Shown: positions 36,006 through 46,534, counted from the first letter of the stretch. The stretch: DNA of 64,000 nt from Iphione sp. A-MEVVRFRX5 (GCA_976226885.1 OZ320319.1:39990001-40054000), one strand, 5' to 3'. Program-made: numbers and translations. Notes: generated by a model not told the origin, from the sequence alone.

Positions 36006-36404
36006 ATGAGAAAATTGGTATGTATACCATATGAACGTTATTTATCACTTATTGAACGGGAGCGAGCTGATCAACAACATCGTCACCGTCAGAGAGAAGA
36101 AAATAGGAGTGAATATAATCCTTTTCGTACAACCATGAGCTTTTCTGAAAGTGATCAATGTAAAGACCTGGACACGTCAGAACTGGCTCAAGGCGGGAGT
36201 GGAAGAATACCAGATAGACGTCCGCGTCATAATCAAGAGCATACAAAACTAAATGAAACAAAAGAGACAGTGAAGCAATTTCGGAAAGGAGGAAGTTCCA
36301 AGCCACCAAAATTTCCTCTGCCACCACCACCAGGTATTCCCTTGACAGGAAGGAAAAGAGACGTTAGGGAATTTAACTGGACAGACGGATGGATGAGTAT
36401 TTAA
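36006..36404 (+). CDS. Polinton ORF of unknown function (132 aa), ending PPPPPG...WTDGWMSI
   Basis: Starts 2 nt after the previous stop and overlaps the integrase start by 16 nt. Confidence 0.6.
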   Translation: MRKLVCIPYERYLSLIERERADQQHRHRQREENRSEYNPFRTTMSFSESDQCKDLDTSELAQGGSGRIPDRRPRHNQEHTKLNETKETVKQFRKGGSSKPPKFPLPPPPGIPLTGRKRDVREFNWTDGWMSI

Positions 36405-37546
36405 CAGCGATTTACTATGACTCGTCCCAACCAGAGGCATTTGGAGGGGCTAAGATACTTTACAACCGTGTAAGATTAGATGGTAAGCCCTATACACTTC
36501 AACAAGTTAAGGATTGGCTCCACAAACAAGAAACATATACATTGTTTGTTCCTTCAACTAATAGTGGAAAAGTGAGACGACCACGGGTGGTTGTGTCTGA
36601 CAAGTTTGATCAGTTTGATGCTGACACAGCTAACATGTCTGCTTGGAGTGCAGACAACAGAGGAATAGGGTTTTTTCTGGTTGTTATTGATATATTTACT
36701 CGCTATGCCTGGACTCGTCCTTTACTCCACCTTACAGCTAAGGAAACGCTATCTGCTCTTCGCTCAGTCATGGAAGAACAAATTTGTCGTGTTCTTCGGA
36801 CTGACGGTGGTAGTGAGTTTAATAATCGGTGGGTAAAGCGCTATCTTCATGCATCTGGTATACAGCACATTGTTACTAAGAATGAAGTTAAAGCAAATTA
36901 TGCTGAACGTCTCATTAAAACTCTCAAGACGCGTCTTACCCGTGATATGTACCATAGACAGACACACGAATGGCATGTTCGATTAGCTGATGTCACTGCA
37001 GCATATAATAATCGTTTTCACAGCTCTATCGGGACTAGCCCGAGCCTGGCTGCTTCTGATAAGGTTGATAAAGTTGATTTGTGGAGAATTCAATATGGTG
37101 TCGTAAGCAACGATAATAATGACGATGCTTTTGCACACCCCCGCCCTTATAAGTTCCAGATTGGTGATGTAGTCCGCCTATCTCATTTCCGCCAGCCTTT
37201 TACTCGTGCATATGATGAACAGTGGACACATGAACTGTTTGTAATTACAAGACGAACTCGCCAGCAAGGTATTGCACAATATTCTATTAAATCTTGGAAT
37301 AATGAAGAAATTGATGGCCGCTTTTACAGTGAAGAACTAATTAAAGTCTATGTGACTGACCAGACTGCATACAAGGTCGAAAAAATTATACGTCGAAAGA
37401 AAATCAACGGGGTTGATGGATTCATTGTACATTGGCTAGGATGGCCACGTCAATACGACTCATGGGTCAGTAAGGAGGATTTAGTTTCAATTACAGGACA
37501 ACGTACACAGCATGTATCTTCTAGCAACTCCTCAACTGAGCTCTAA
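36389..37546 (+). CDS. INT: Retroviral-like (rve) integrase with C-terminal chromodomain (385 aa)
   Basis: Catalytic D-D-E in QFDAD..M, RTDGGSEF and AERLIKTLK; VIDIFTRYAW; chromodomain YKVEKII...VHWLGWPRQYDSWV. Confidence 0.95.
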   Translation: MDEYLTAIYYDSSQPEAFGGAKILYNRVRLDGKPYTLQQVKDWLHKQETYTLFVPSTNSGKVRRPRVVVSDKFDQFDADTANMSAWSADNRGIGFFLVVIDIFTRYAWTRPLLHLTAKETLSALRSVMEEQICRVLRTDGGSEFNNRWVKRYLHASGIQHIVTKNEVKANYAERLIKTLKTRLTRDMYHRQTHEWHVRLADVTAAYNNRFHSSIGTSPSLAASDKVDKVDLWRIQYGVVSNDNNDDAFAHPRPYKFQIGDVVRLSHFRQPFTRAYDEQWTHELFVITRRTRQQGIAQYSIKSWNNEEIDGRFYSEELIKVYVTDQTAYKVEKIIRRKKINGVDGFIVHWLGWPRQYDSWVSKEDLVSITGQRTQHVSSSNSSTEL

Positions 37547-37898
37547 TTTACACCCGTCAAACACACTATCAGACTTTATAATCGAACTGGAACGCCCTAT
37601 TGAACTTATCGGTAACTGGGAATGTGCTTTGCTCAATGTGTATTTGTCTACTGTCCCTACAGGTCACGACATTATCATTTGCACTGATCTTGTCCAGAAC
37701 AACTATATGTCTGGAAAATTACGTCCAGCTGTGCGGATTGTACGTAGCAGTGTTACAGAATTCAGCAACCCTTGGTATGTTCCACTAGCAGCGTCACGTA
37801 TAGAGCGTTTTCGAGTTTTTGTATCTACTCTCTCCAACTCTAAGTTGACTGCAAACATTGTGCGTGCTTCGTTTCATTTCCGCCCAGTTCAGAAGTAA
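37512..37898 (+). CDS. Minor capsid protein (penton, single jelly-roll), compact 128 aa
   Basis: N-terminal HPSNTLSDFIIELERPIELIGNWECAL, central ICTDLV...LRPAVRIV...FSNPWYVPL and C-terminal FHFRP match the Polinton penton pattern. Confidence 0.8.
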   Translation: MYLLATPQLSSNLHPSNTLSDFIIELERPIELIGNWECALLNVYLSTVPTGHDIIICTDLVQNNYMSGKLRPAVRIVRSSVTEFSNPWYVPLAASRIERFRVFVSTLSNSKLTANIVRASFHFRPVQK

Positions 37899-37900
37899 CC

Positions 37901-38257
37901 ATGAACTACGTACCATATATTGCTCGTGCTGATGCATTTGATCATGCTGTCAGGAAAAGGTCTCATTATGTTGGACGTGGAACACCACTCAAGTTAGTTA
38001 CACCCACTGAGCAATCGATTGAACGCGCTAAAGCTAACCTGTCTAAGAACCCTCCACCGCCACCAGGTGGCAATAAAGCTAGTCAGCGGTGTAGCGGATC
38101 TTCCACTCGTCCCAAACCGTCGCGTGCTCAGAAGCGCTCACCATCTTCTGGCCGTTCAACCAGTCCAAAAAAAGCAAAAAAGAAGAGCACCAGTACTAAA
38201 AGTAATATTCAAGGAAATAAGAAAAAGTCATCAACTCGAAAGTTTCGGAAATACTAG
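37901..38257 (+). CDS. Basic K/R/S-rich putative DNA-condensing core protein (118 aa)
   Basis: YVGRG..LVTPTEQSIERAK motif followed by a very basic low-complexity tail; lies between penton and MCP. Confidence 0.65.
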   Translation: MNYVPYIARADAFDHAVRKRSHYVGRGTPLKLVTPTEQSIERAKANLSKNPPPPPGGNKASQRCSGSSTRPKPSRAQKRSPSSGRSTSPKKAKKKSTSTKSNIQGNKKKSSTRKFRKY

Positions 38258-38263
38258 AGCACA

Positions 38264-39616
38264 ATGACCCACATACTCCAGGACTCAGATGATGGACACG
38301 GACTTGACTTGGATTTATTTCATGTCCCTCCTACACAAACTGGTTTGCCTGAACAGTACATTAAAGAATATCTGCCAGTTGGTGATTTAACTAGTGACAG
38401 CGTCATTGAATTTAATGTTCCAAATGACTCTCTTGACTATATAGTGCTACATCGTACACGTCTACGAATAGATGTACAAATACTAAAGGATGATCAAAAA
38501 AAGATTGGAGCTGTTGATAAGGTTGGATTCATAAACATGGGAGCATCTACAATTTTCCAGCGCATGGAACTTTCTCTTCAGCAAACAGTCGTTAATACAG
38601 GGATCGGAAATTCATACCCATATAAAGTTATGATTGACACACTTTCGCGAACTGGTTTATCAGCTGAGCTTGGATGGTTGCGCGTTGCAGGATATGCAAA
38701 AGATAACAATGTGTTCATGGACGATATTGAACTCAATTCAGGTCTTGTGACACGGTCTGATAAGACAGCAAATGGAGCTATCGCGCGTTTGATGACCCGA
38801 CTTTTCAGTGGAATAAGTGACCAACAACGTCCTATAATTAATGGTGTTCCCCTCAATATTAAACTGTATCCAGCTTCAGACCCATTTAGGCTCATGTATG
38901 CAGCTCTTACATCTGGAGACAGAGACAGCAGGGACACTACTTCACTTACTACAGCTCGCACTTCAAAAACATATCATCTAAAAGTAGTTAAAGCTGTATT
39001 GTTTGTCACATTCACCCGCGTGCACGACGGCCTTTTACTTCGTCATCGTTCACTCTTGGAAAAGTCTCCTGCGCTGTATCCATTCATACGAAGCGACTTT
39101 CGATCATTCACAGTCTCTTCTAGCAGTCACGAGTTTGTGGTAGAAAATGTTTTTCAGGACCGAATCCCTCTTCGTTTGTGCATTGGAATGGTAGATGCAG
39201 CTGCATATGCAGGACATGCACAGAAAAACCCATTCAGATTTCAACACTTCAATGCCAATTATCTATCTTTTGAAATCAACGGAGAGTCTCGTCCTGGCCG
39301 TCCTTTTCAACCTGATTTTGCTGCTCGTCAGTTTGCAACGCCCTACACTGCTCTTTATGACTCGTTTCCAGTGTGGTATCACCATCAAATGCCTGACATT
39401 ACTGAAGGTGACTTTGAAAGCGGCTTCACACTGTTTGTTTTTGATTTAGATAAGTCACGTGAAAAAGACCTGTTGTCTCCTCTAAAACGTGGCAACACAC
39501 GTCTGACAATCAGGTTTGCTTCTGCTTTGGAACAGACAATTGTAGTAATTGTACTTGGAACTTTTCCATCTCTCCTAAGCATTGACTTGGCCCGAAATGT
39601 CACAATTACATCCTGA
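38264..39616 (+). CDS. MCP: Major capsid protein (double jelly-roll, 450 aa)
   Basis: N-terminal LDLFHVPPTQT, IEFNVP...LHRTRL, NGVPLNIKL, RIPLRLCIGMV...G...NPFRFQHF and GFTLFVFDL are hallmarks of Polinton MCPs. Confidence 0.92.
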   Translation: MTHILQDSDDGHGLDLDLFHVPPTQTGLPEQYIKEYLPVGDLTSDSVIEFNVPNDSLDYIVLHRTRLRIDVQILKDDQKKIGAVDKVGFINMGASTIFQRMELSLQQTVVNTGIGNSYPYKVMIDTLSRTGLSAELGWLRVAGYAKDNNVFMDDIELNSGLVTRSDKTANGAIARLMTRLFSGISDQQRPIINGVPLNIKLYPASDPFRLMYAALTSGDRDSRDTTSLTTARTSKTYHLKVVKAVLFVTFTRVHDGLLLRHRSLLEKSPALYPFIRSDFRSFTVSSSSHEFVVENVFQDRIPLRLCIGMVDAAAYAGHAQKNPFRFQHFNANYLSFEINGESRPGRPFQPDFAARQFATPYTALYDSFPVWYHHQMPDITEGDFESGFTLFVFDLDKSREKDLLSPLKRGNTRLTIRFASALEQTIVVIVLGTFPSLLSIDLARNVTITS

Positions 39617-40076
39617 GCCCTTACGCAGTAGTGATATATTTTCGTTCCTGCACCCTTACACCCAGTCAGTATGGGTGGACTCGTTTGAACTTCTTCCGAG
39701 AAACCCGCTTTCTCTTCCAAATACTTATCCATACATATTTGTAATTAACACTGATTGTGTAGGCTGTCCAGGTATTCATTGGATAACCATTTATATGCCT
39801 CCAAACTCACCAGCTGAATTTTTTGATTCCATGGGAATGCCTCCGGAACATTATCACTATCTAATACGTGATTTCTTGTATGCTAATTCATCAAGTTATA
39901 TTTTCTCTGCTGTTCGTATTCAAGGACACTTACCTGTGTGTGGACATTATTGTCTTGCATATTTACATTCGCGTATCCATGGTATCAGTTATGCTGAATT
40001 TATTTGTTCTTTTGGATCAAACGTAACTAATAATGACTTTGCGGTTGTTGAATACTTTAATATATACAAAACTTGA
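39597..40076 (+). CDS. PRO: Adenain-like cysteine protease (159 aa from ATG 39597)
   Basis: INTD...GIHW (His), FFDSMG (Asp), RIQ (Gln) and VCGHYC (Cys). Overlaps the MCP end by 20 nt. Confidence 0.92.
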   Translation: MSQLHPEPLRSSDIFSFLHPYTQSVWVDSFELLPRNPLSLPNTYPYIFVINTDCVGCPGIHWITIYMPPNSPAEFFDSMGMPPEHYHYLIRDFLYANSSSYIFSAVRIQGHLPVCGHYCLAYLHSRIHGISYAEFICSFGSNVTNNDFAVVEYFNIYKT

Positions 40077-40339
40077 TACCGCTGTATGTTACTTTAAGTA
40101 GTCATAAACATACTTACATGTTCTCTTAATGAAACGTCTTCAAGGACAACCATCTAGTGGAAAGAATAAGAACATTGTATCAGACATTATATGTATATAT
40201 ATATATATATATGTGAACATTGTATCAGTCATATTACTACATCTAGTGTGACAATAAACATCTAATCGGATAATTGTGTATATGTTTACTTTTGTAAGAG
40301 CCAATAACAAGTCACGAGTACAATATTACATTGGTAATA

Positions 40340-40342
<3 letters not shown>

Positions 40343-40416
<74 letters not shown>
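40343..40416. repeat. (TC)n microsatellite inside the Polinton
   Basis: Directly visible. Confidence 0.95.
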
Positions 40417-40419
<3 letters not shown>

Positions 40420-40702
40420 AATGGTACAATTAATGTTATTACCTCTCTGTTAGCGTCTTCGTGCTCTGTAGTTTCCTTCAATCCAGGCCATCACCGTTGC
40501 AGACATTCACGTCAGAATCAAACAGAATATAATAAGCTCAATAATATAATAATAATAATAATAATAATATCATACAGTAGTCAAACTGGAGAGATAATAT
40601 CCCAACTTTTGGAACTATGATACAATAGCAATATTAAAGACCATTAGTTTATATATATTATGACACACACTGTTAATACTATAAAGCACAAACACAATGA
40701 AT

Positions 40703-40706
<4 letters not shown>

Positions 40707-40750
<44 letters not shown>
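40707..40750. repeat. (CA)n microsatellite inside the Polinton
   Basis: Directly visible, abutting the stop codon of membrane protein A. Confidence 0.95.
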
Positions 40751-40751
<1 letters not shown>

Positions 40752-40753
<2 letters not shown>

Positions 40754-41819
40754 ATTGCGCTTTCGACTTGTTTATTAGCGTTATAAAGCTCTCGTTCGTC
40801 CTTCCATTCCTTACCCCATAAATTGATGAGTCATGCCACAACGCACTGTTTATTCCTCTCCTTCTCATCCGTCTATTTGCTGAGGTTGATTGAGCAGGCT
40901 GAGCAGCTTTCTTGCACTTTTTAATAGCATACCAGCACGTCACTACAGCTGCAATAGATGCGCACACTGCCACTGATACTACCGCAATAAGTACAGGCAA
41001 ACCGACTCCATTACTTGTCTGCCTCATTTTATTGCCACCAGTCGCCCTTGTTGACACAATTTGTCCGTCATTTCCTGACACTGTTGACCCCTGTGTGGTA
41101 AACACACTGCTCTTCCAGCTTGTTGAAAACGGATGTTTATCCAGTGTGCTTATTACAGATTCAGAACTCTTAGTGGTGACCATTACTGTGGTCGACCCCC
41201 TCCTTCCTTTTGAACTCTTCATCGCTTTAGTTCTAGTCGGAAACGTAACATGTTTGAGGCTAGTACCCTTCGATGTTATAGTCTGTAAATTAGAGACTGA
41301 ATGCGTCATTGCAGTTATAGATGTAACAGTCATAGGCAATGAACGGACAGTAGAAGTTCTTGGAGGTGGTGAAGGGAGTGCAGACATATTAGTTACCGTT
41401 CCAGTACTACTTGTTGTAAAGGTTGTCCCTATCGATGATTGACTTATATCTGCAGATGAACGAGATGGTGGTGATGTGGGGGATGTGGAAGGAAGGGGGG
41501 AACAGTCTGAATATACTCTCACCTTCACTGGAACTTTCTTCAGCGAATCACAGTTAAACTGCACTCCTTGGTGTCTAATATCCAGATATAGAATGTTTGG
41601 GAAAATGTTAAACACATGCTCCCGAACTTCCCGGATTGTGCACCCGCCCCAATCCAATCCTTTCATACGACGGTTCCTCCGAAAATTCACCAAGAAAGGG
41701 TCCAGTCCACCCCTACATCGCATAACTGGCGGGCTACAGCCATAGCACCTGATGGGGCACTTTGCATATGCATGCATACTAAGCACAAATGCAAAAGCAG
41801 CCAATAAAATCTTCCTCAT
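40752..41819 (-). CDS. Type I membrane protein A (355 aa): signal peptide, LRRNT-like cap, one degenerate LRR, Ser/Thr mucin stalk, TM, basic tail
   Basis: MRKILLAAFAFVLSMHAYA signal; CPIRCYGCSPPVMRC; MKGLDWGGCTIREVREHVFNIFPNILYLDIRHQ; ~170-aa S/T-rich stalk; TM LPVLIAVVSVAVCASIAAVVTCWYAI followed by KKCKK. Confidence 0.8.
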
Positions 41820-42383
41820 CGTTGCAAAATTTCCACGACCGGATTTCCTGACCTGTACTTCTTTAAACACGATATGCCTTTGATTCCGCCTCCTAGGTCC
41901 CCGCCTGTGCTTTCACTGCCTTCTTCCTAGCAACTGAACTAAACTCAACTAGACGCACATGTTTCCCACCAAATAATTTATGGGGCCCTCAACCGTATTT
42001 CCCCTCTTATCTCGTACCCTGCATAGTGCAGATTACACCAAGATACATTTACGACAATTTTATCGCCTCTTGACCGCGAGCGCCCTCGAACTAACAGTAT
42101 CCATTACTTTGGACCAGTCCACTTTTAGATAACGCTTTCTTGAGTACTCATTAAATTACTAACAGCTAACATTTCTTCATTAACTTCATTATCTTGTTTC
42201 ACATCTGAGTATATGTGAACTTCATACTATACATATTTGTTTCGTTCTTCCTTTGACCACCTGTTAAATTTCCCACACGCACTAATTAACCATTCTCATC
42301 CCACCACCCCTCTCTTAAATCCACTTGCACCCTCCCTTGCTCATCATCACCTCATTGCATCACGTTACCCGGTCACATCCGCC

Positions 42384-44767
42384 ATGTTGTTCTTCGTTTT
42401 AATCGGATTAGGGCTGCTGTCCGGAGTCGCTCCGAACGATATTCTTTGTCGCAGATGTGTGTGCATACGTAAGACTGTACACTGCAATGGAGTAGCAACA
42501 TCTTTCTTCTATACAGTGAAGCACATTTACCCAAGATTCGAAAAATTGTATCTTCACGCGCCTTACATAGTAGATCCAGAAGCGGCACTCATCGATCGCC
42601 TAGCAGTCGTTTTTCCTAACCTGGTTTTTGTGAGTGCAATTGACCGTCACAGAAATACAATCTTTACTCTGGATTTCTCGACATCACCAACAACTACTCC
42701 TGCTTCAAATGAACCTGTTTCAAGTCTTGAAGAAGTGCCCAACACAGTGACAAAAAACAGTGAACGCCGTGTTTCATCAGTCGCCATTACAACAGTTACA
42801 GTGACTCGTGTCTCAGGCTCCGGACCCGCACAAAGTGACATCACAACTGTTGAAGTCAGTGAAATCAACCCAACAATATTTCACTCTGTCAGTGGATCTG
42901 CTTCAAATGTCTTTTCTGACCCAGACATTATCCTTCTCACTTGTGTCGGAGCCACTTTCTTAATCATAGTTTTTGGACTTATCTTCATACCGTGTGTCCG
43001 CCACGAGTGCCCACCTTGCAGGCGGCCATATTTTGGACTACCGGGAAGTTCCTCTACCTCCGGTTCGACAACGCCCGCTTCTGTGCACACACCTGTTCAT
43101 AGGTATGTACTTACGTTACATTACTTGTATTCACTACTATATATGTATATAATATATATATATAATACATCGCACATCTGTATTGTTCACTCAGCATTTG
43201 TGTGCAGTATAAAGAATAGTGTCCTACTAACATTATTAATCAGCACACAATATTACAACATATTTAGCCCTTGTCCTTGTATTGTTGTGTACTTACTACA
43301 CTCTTTAACCCATCCCTCTACATTACCGACCATCCTAGTCATTCTTGTTTTAGTCCAATCCTCGAATCACTCATTGCATGAGAGTATTATACACGCGTGA
43401 ACATTTTGTGCATGCTGAGTTCTGTGTTGTTCATTATCATAAGACCTGCATCCATCAATACATGTTTCAGCGCACGAAGAAGCACCGCACCCTCACCAGA
43501 CCCAACTGCAACCCTCCTCAGCACATGCCTACCACGTTCCTGTTTTAATCTGCCTCCTCCTCCTCCTCCTCCTCCTCCCCCTTCCCCTCCTGTTCCTTTA
43601 TCCCCGTCCCTATTTGAGACGATACCCCTCGACACCCTCTCATCAACGCCAACCACATCCAACTCTCGGTTTATAACCACGTCTGACTACTCTTCACGAT
43701 ATCCGCTTGTCCCCATGCCACCCCCCACACCCCGTTTACCCCGCCGTACTTTATCACCCTCTCTCCCATTGCTTTCATCTTCTGTGACCTCTTCCAATCC
43801 TCATCTTCACCCACCCTTAACACCCCGCCCTTCCCGAACGGCCGTCCAACCACCTATACGCACTACAAGTTTATCAAAAAGCTGTGCATCAGTAGCCGCT
43901 GCTCTTCAACACATCGTGGACAAAGCAACTGCCTCTGTAACCGCCTTCTCAAATAATGAGCAAGCATCTGCTCGCCCCATTAACCCATCAGCTCTCCCAC
44001 TTGCACGTACTTTCAACATAAACACTACTCGCTCAAGCACTGCAACCACTACGTCCACGACTTTGCACTCAATGCACTCACGGCCATCTAACGCAAATAC
44101 TCATCCACGGCTACAAGAAAAGGCTATAACACAAGTTCATTATGTCACCATCCGGCCACCATCAACTCCTGATAGATTACCCTCGGAAACAACTGCTTGC
44201 CCGTCGCCCGTACCTCGTCCGAACCTCATTACCTTCTCACCTCCCCAGTCCTGTCCCTCACGTTCTCCTTCTCTTCCTGTATGTACTTCTACTCCTTCGT
44301 CGTCCCCTTCCTCTTCTCTTCATGACAATCCTATTACTACTTCTCATTCTATGATGGATCTTCCGTCTATACCGTCTTCTTCTTCTTCTCCATCTCCGTC
44401 TTCTCCATCTGGGACTGACGCGACCAGATTAACCAAGTGGACACACCCTATTCACGTCCCCGTAACTACCTCTGCCATCAACTCATCTCCGACAACACGG
44501 TGGCCCAAACACCTGTCTGTTGTCAGACCTTCTACCAGTGCCTGCTCCTCTAGTGGTGTTTCTGACTCAACAAAACAGTGGTCCAAACACCCATCTGTCG
44601 CCACGCCCTCTACTAGTGCCTCAGGATGCGAAGATATCAACAATACGACCCGCAAAAGGAAGACACAGAAGCAGAAAGAATGCAGACCGCCTTCAACCGT
44701 GAGACGGTCAGAGCGCATCATGTCGCGCAGCAAAACGGTAATTTATGCCCGCACGTGTAGAATATAA
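42384..44767 (+). CDS. Predicted two-exon type I membrane protein B (42384-43102 + 43444-44767; 680 aa): signal peptide, LRRNT-like head, S/T stalk, TM, long Pro/Ser/Thr-rich tail
   Basis: gccATG; MLFFVLIGLGLLSGVAP signal; CRRCVCIRKTVHC; FPNL; TM IILLTCVGATFLIIVFGLIFIPCV. The AG|gtatgt donor (43103) and tcataag acceptor (ending 43443) are both phase 2 and fuse two ORF-track frames. Confidence 0.72.
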
Positions 44768-44822
44768 ATAATACTAATAATATAATAATATATACATAAC
44801 ACACCCACTGACCAAACAGTAT

Positions 44823-45008
44823 NNNNNNNNNNNNNNNNNNNNNNNNNNNNNNNNNNNNNNNNNNNNNNNNNNNNNNNNNNNNNNNNNNNNNNNNNNNNNN
44901 NNNNNNNNNNNNNNNNNNNNNNNNNNNNNNNNNNNNNNNNNNNNNNNNNNNNNNNNNNNNNNNNNNNNNNNNNNNNNNNNNNNNNNNNNNNNNNNNNNNN
45001 NNNNNNNN
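44823..45008. other. Assembly gap inside the Polinton
   Basis: Run of N, so the true element length is uncertain. Other gaps: 2991-3151, 10307-10453, ~51743-51905, ~53497-53717. Confidence 0.99.
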
Positions 45009-45054
45009 TCGTCATCTACATTATTCATATTATTACTATTGTTGTTCTTTACAG

Positions 45055-45497
45055 CCCCCACGGGACACAGGAGTGATGCCCTTACCTACATCCTGCGACT
45101 TCCCATCGCCACGGTCTCCCAAGAATGGTTCATCAACTACTACTGCAGTGTAGACTGTAATACTCAAGACCAACTACAACCATGGGATGTTCGGATTCCA
45201 TACACTCTTCACGGCCATATGGTCTATTCACCAACATTTCCATCTGCTCCTCCATCTCTATGGATATGCTCATTACCTGGCTGTCTAACAACTAGTCCAG
45301 TCAACTTACCACACCTGCGAACGGACCGACAAGACTTGCATGACCAGTCATGCTACTCTATAAACAATGACGTTGTGTCAAATCAGTACTACAGCCTACG
45401 TCAAAACTTTTCTGAACAAATATCCCCTTATACAGCTTATAATGGGAGAGTACTGAACCAGTATCCAGTATCTACGTCTCTCATAGTTTTAAACTAG
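45055..45497 (+). CDS. Probable terminal exon of an unknown Polinton gene whose 5' part lies in or before the N-gap
   Basis: ttgttctttacag acceptor followed by ~147 open codons rich in W/Y/C/P, in AT-rich DNA where long ORFs are rare. Confidence 0.45.
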
Positions 45498-46534
45498 CCG
45501 AATATGATATATATATTTTCTTGTATCTTATAGGATATCACCATCAGCATAATATTGCTCACATTATTATAGACAGACATATACTTGTCAATTCTAGGTT
45601 CATACACTAACTAGTGAGCCATGCCTTTCTTTCAGTAGGATTCCATCTGAAATACATACACAGTGTATCACTATAATAGTGATAATCGTGTCTACGACTC
45701 TCATGACTGGCACATACTACCCGTGCATGGACTGACGATTATCAGAGTTCGGTATAGTAAGTTACATACTATTTCCAACAAAGTATGTTGTTCTTTCTTT
45801 GTTTTGTTTATTTCTTTACGCCATATTCAAGACTTAGACGAACATCCTGTAGCCTATGTTAATCTGTTAGCTTATTAATCATAGTGTATTGTACTTATTT
45901 ATCACATATATGCCTAATGGCGACATCTAAAGCAGCAGAACAGGATTTCCTCGGTTTAATCCTAGTATATTATCTTACTATAACCTCACATATATACCTT
46001 GTTGACACTAGAGCAGTAGGACAGGAACTCCATGATTCATTCATTACAGTAACTAATCGGAGAGTCTCAGGTTATTTATCAGAAGTTTGTTTGTTATAGT
46101 TAGAACACAGAAGTTTTTTTATAGTTAGACAACACAACGAATATCTACAGTTCTTAGTATACTTATTGTATTCTATAGAAAGCATCTACAGACATCGTCA
46201 TTGTATTCTCTTTACTATAGTCTCTTACATACTCACAGTAGTAATATACATTACATGTTGTACCCCTATATTAGTGCTACTATTGTAGATTATATAACGT
46301 ACTGTTCATTGTCTCAATAACCGCGACCATTGTCCAACATCAACAACTAAACAACAATATTAAGTTCAACACGTTTAATTGTTCTGTATTATCCATTACA
46401 TACGCAATTACCAAATCACAATACATCCATGCAGCTATTATTTATTATACATCTGATTGCCACTTCATGAATCCCATGTGTATTACTCTAAACACAGTTC
46501 TACTCTATTATAACTAGTACATTTACTTTCTCTT

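Noticed and set aside
40912-41745. Antisense ORFs overlapping real genes (also within pPolB, MCP and LINE ORF1)
   Set aside because: Shadow frames of coding sequence on the opposite strand.
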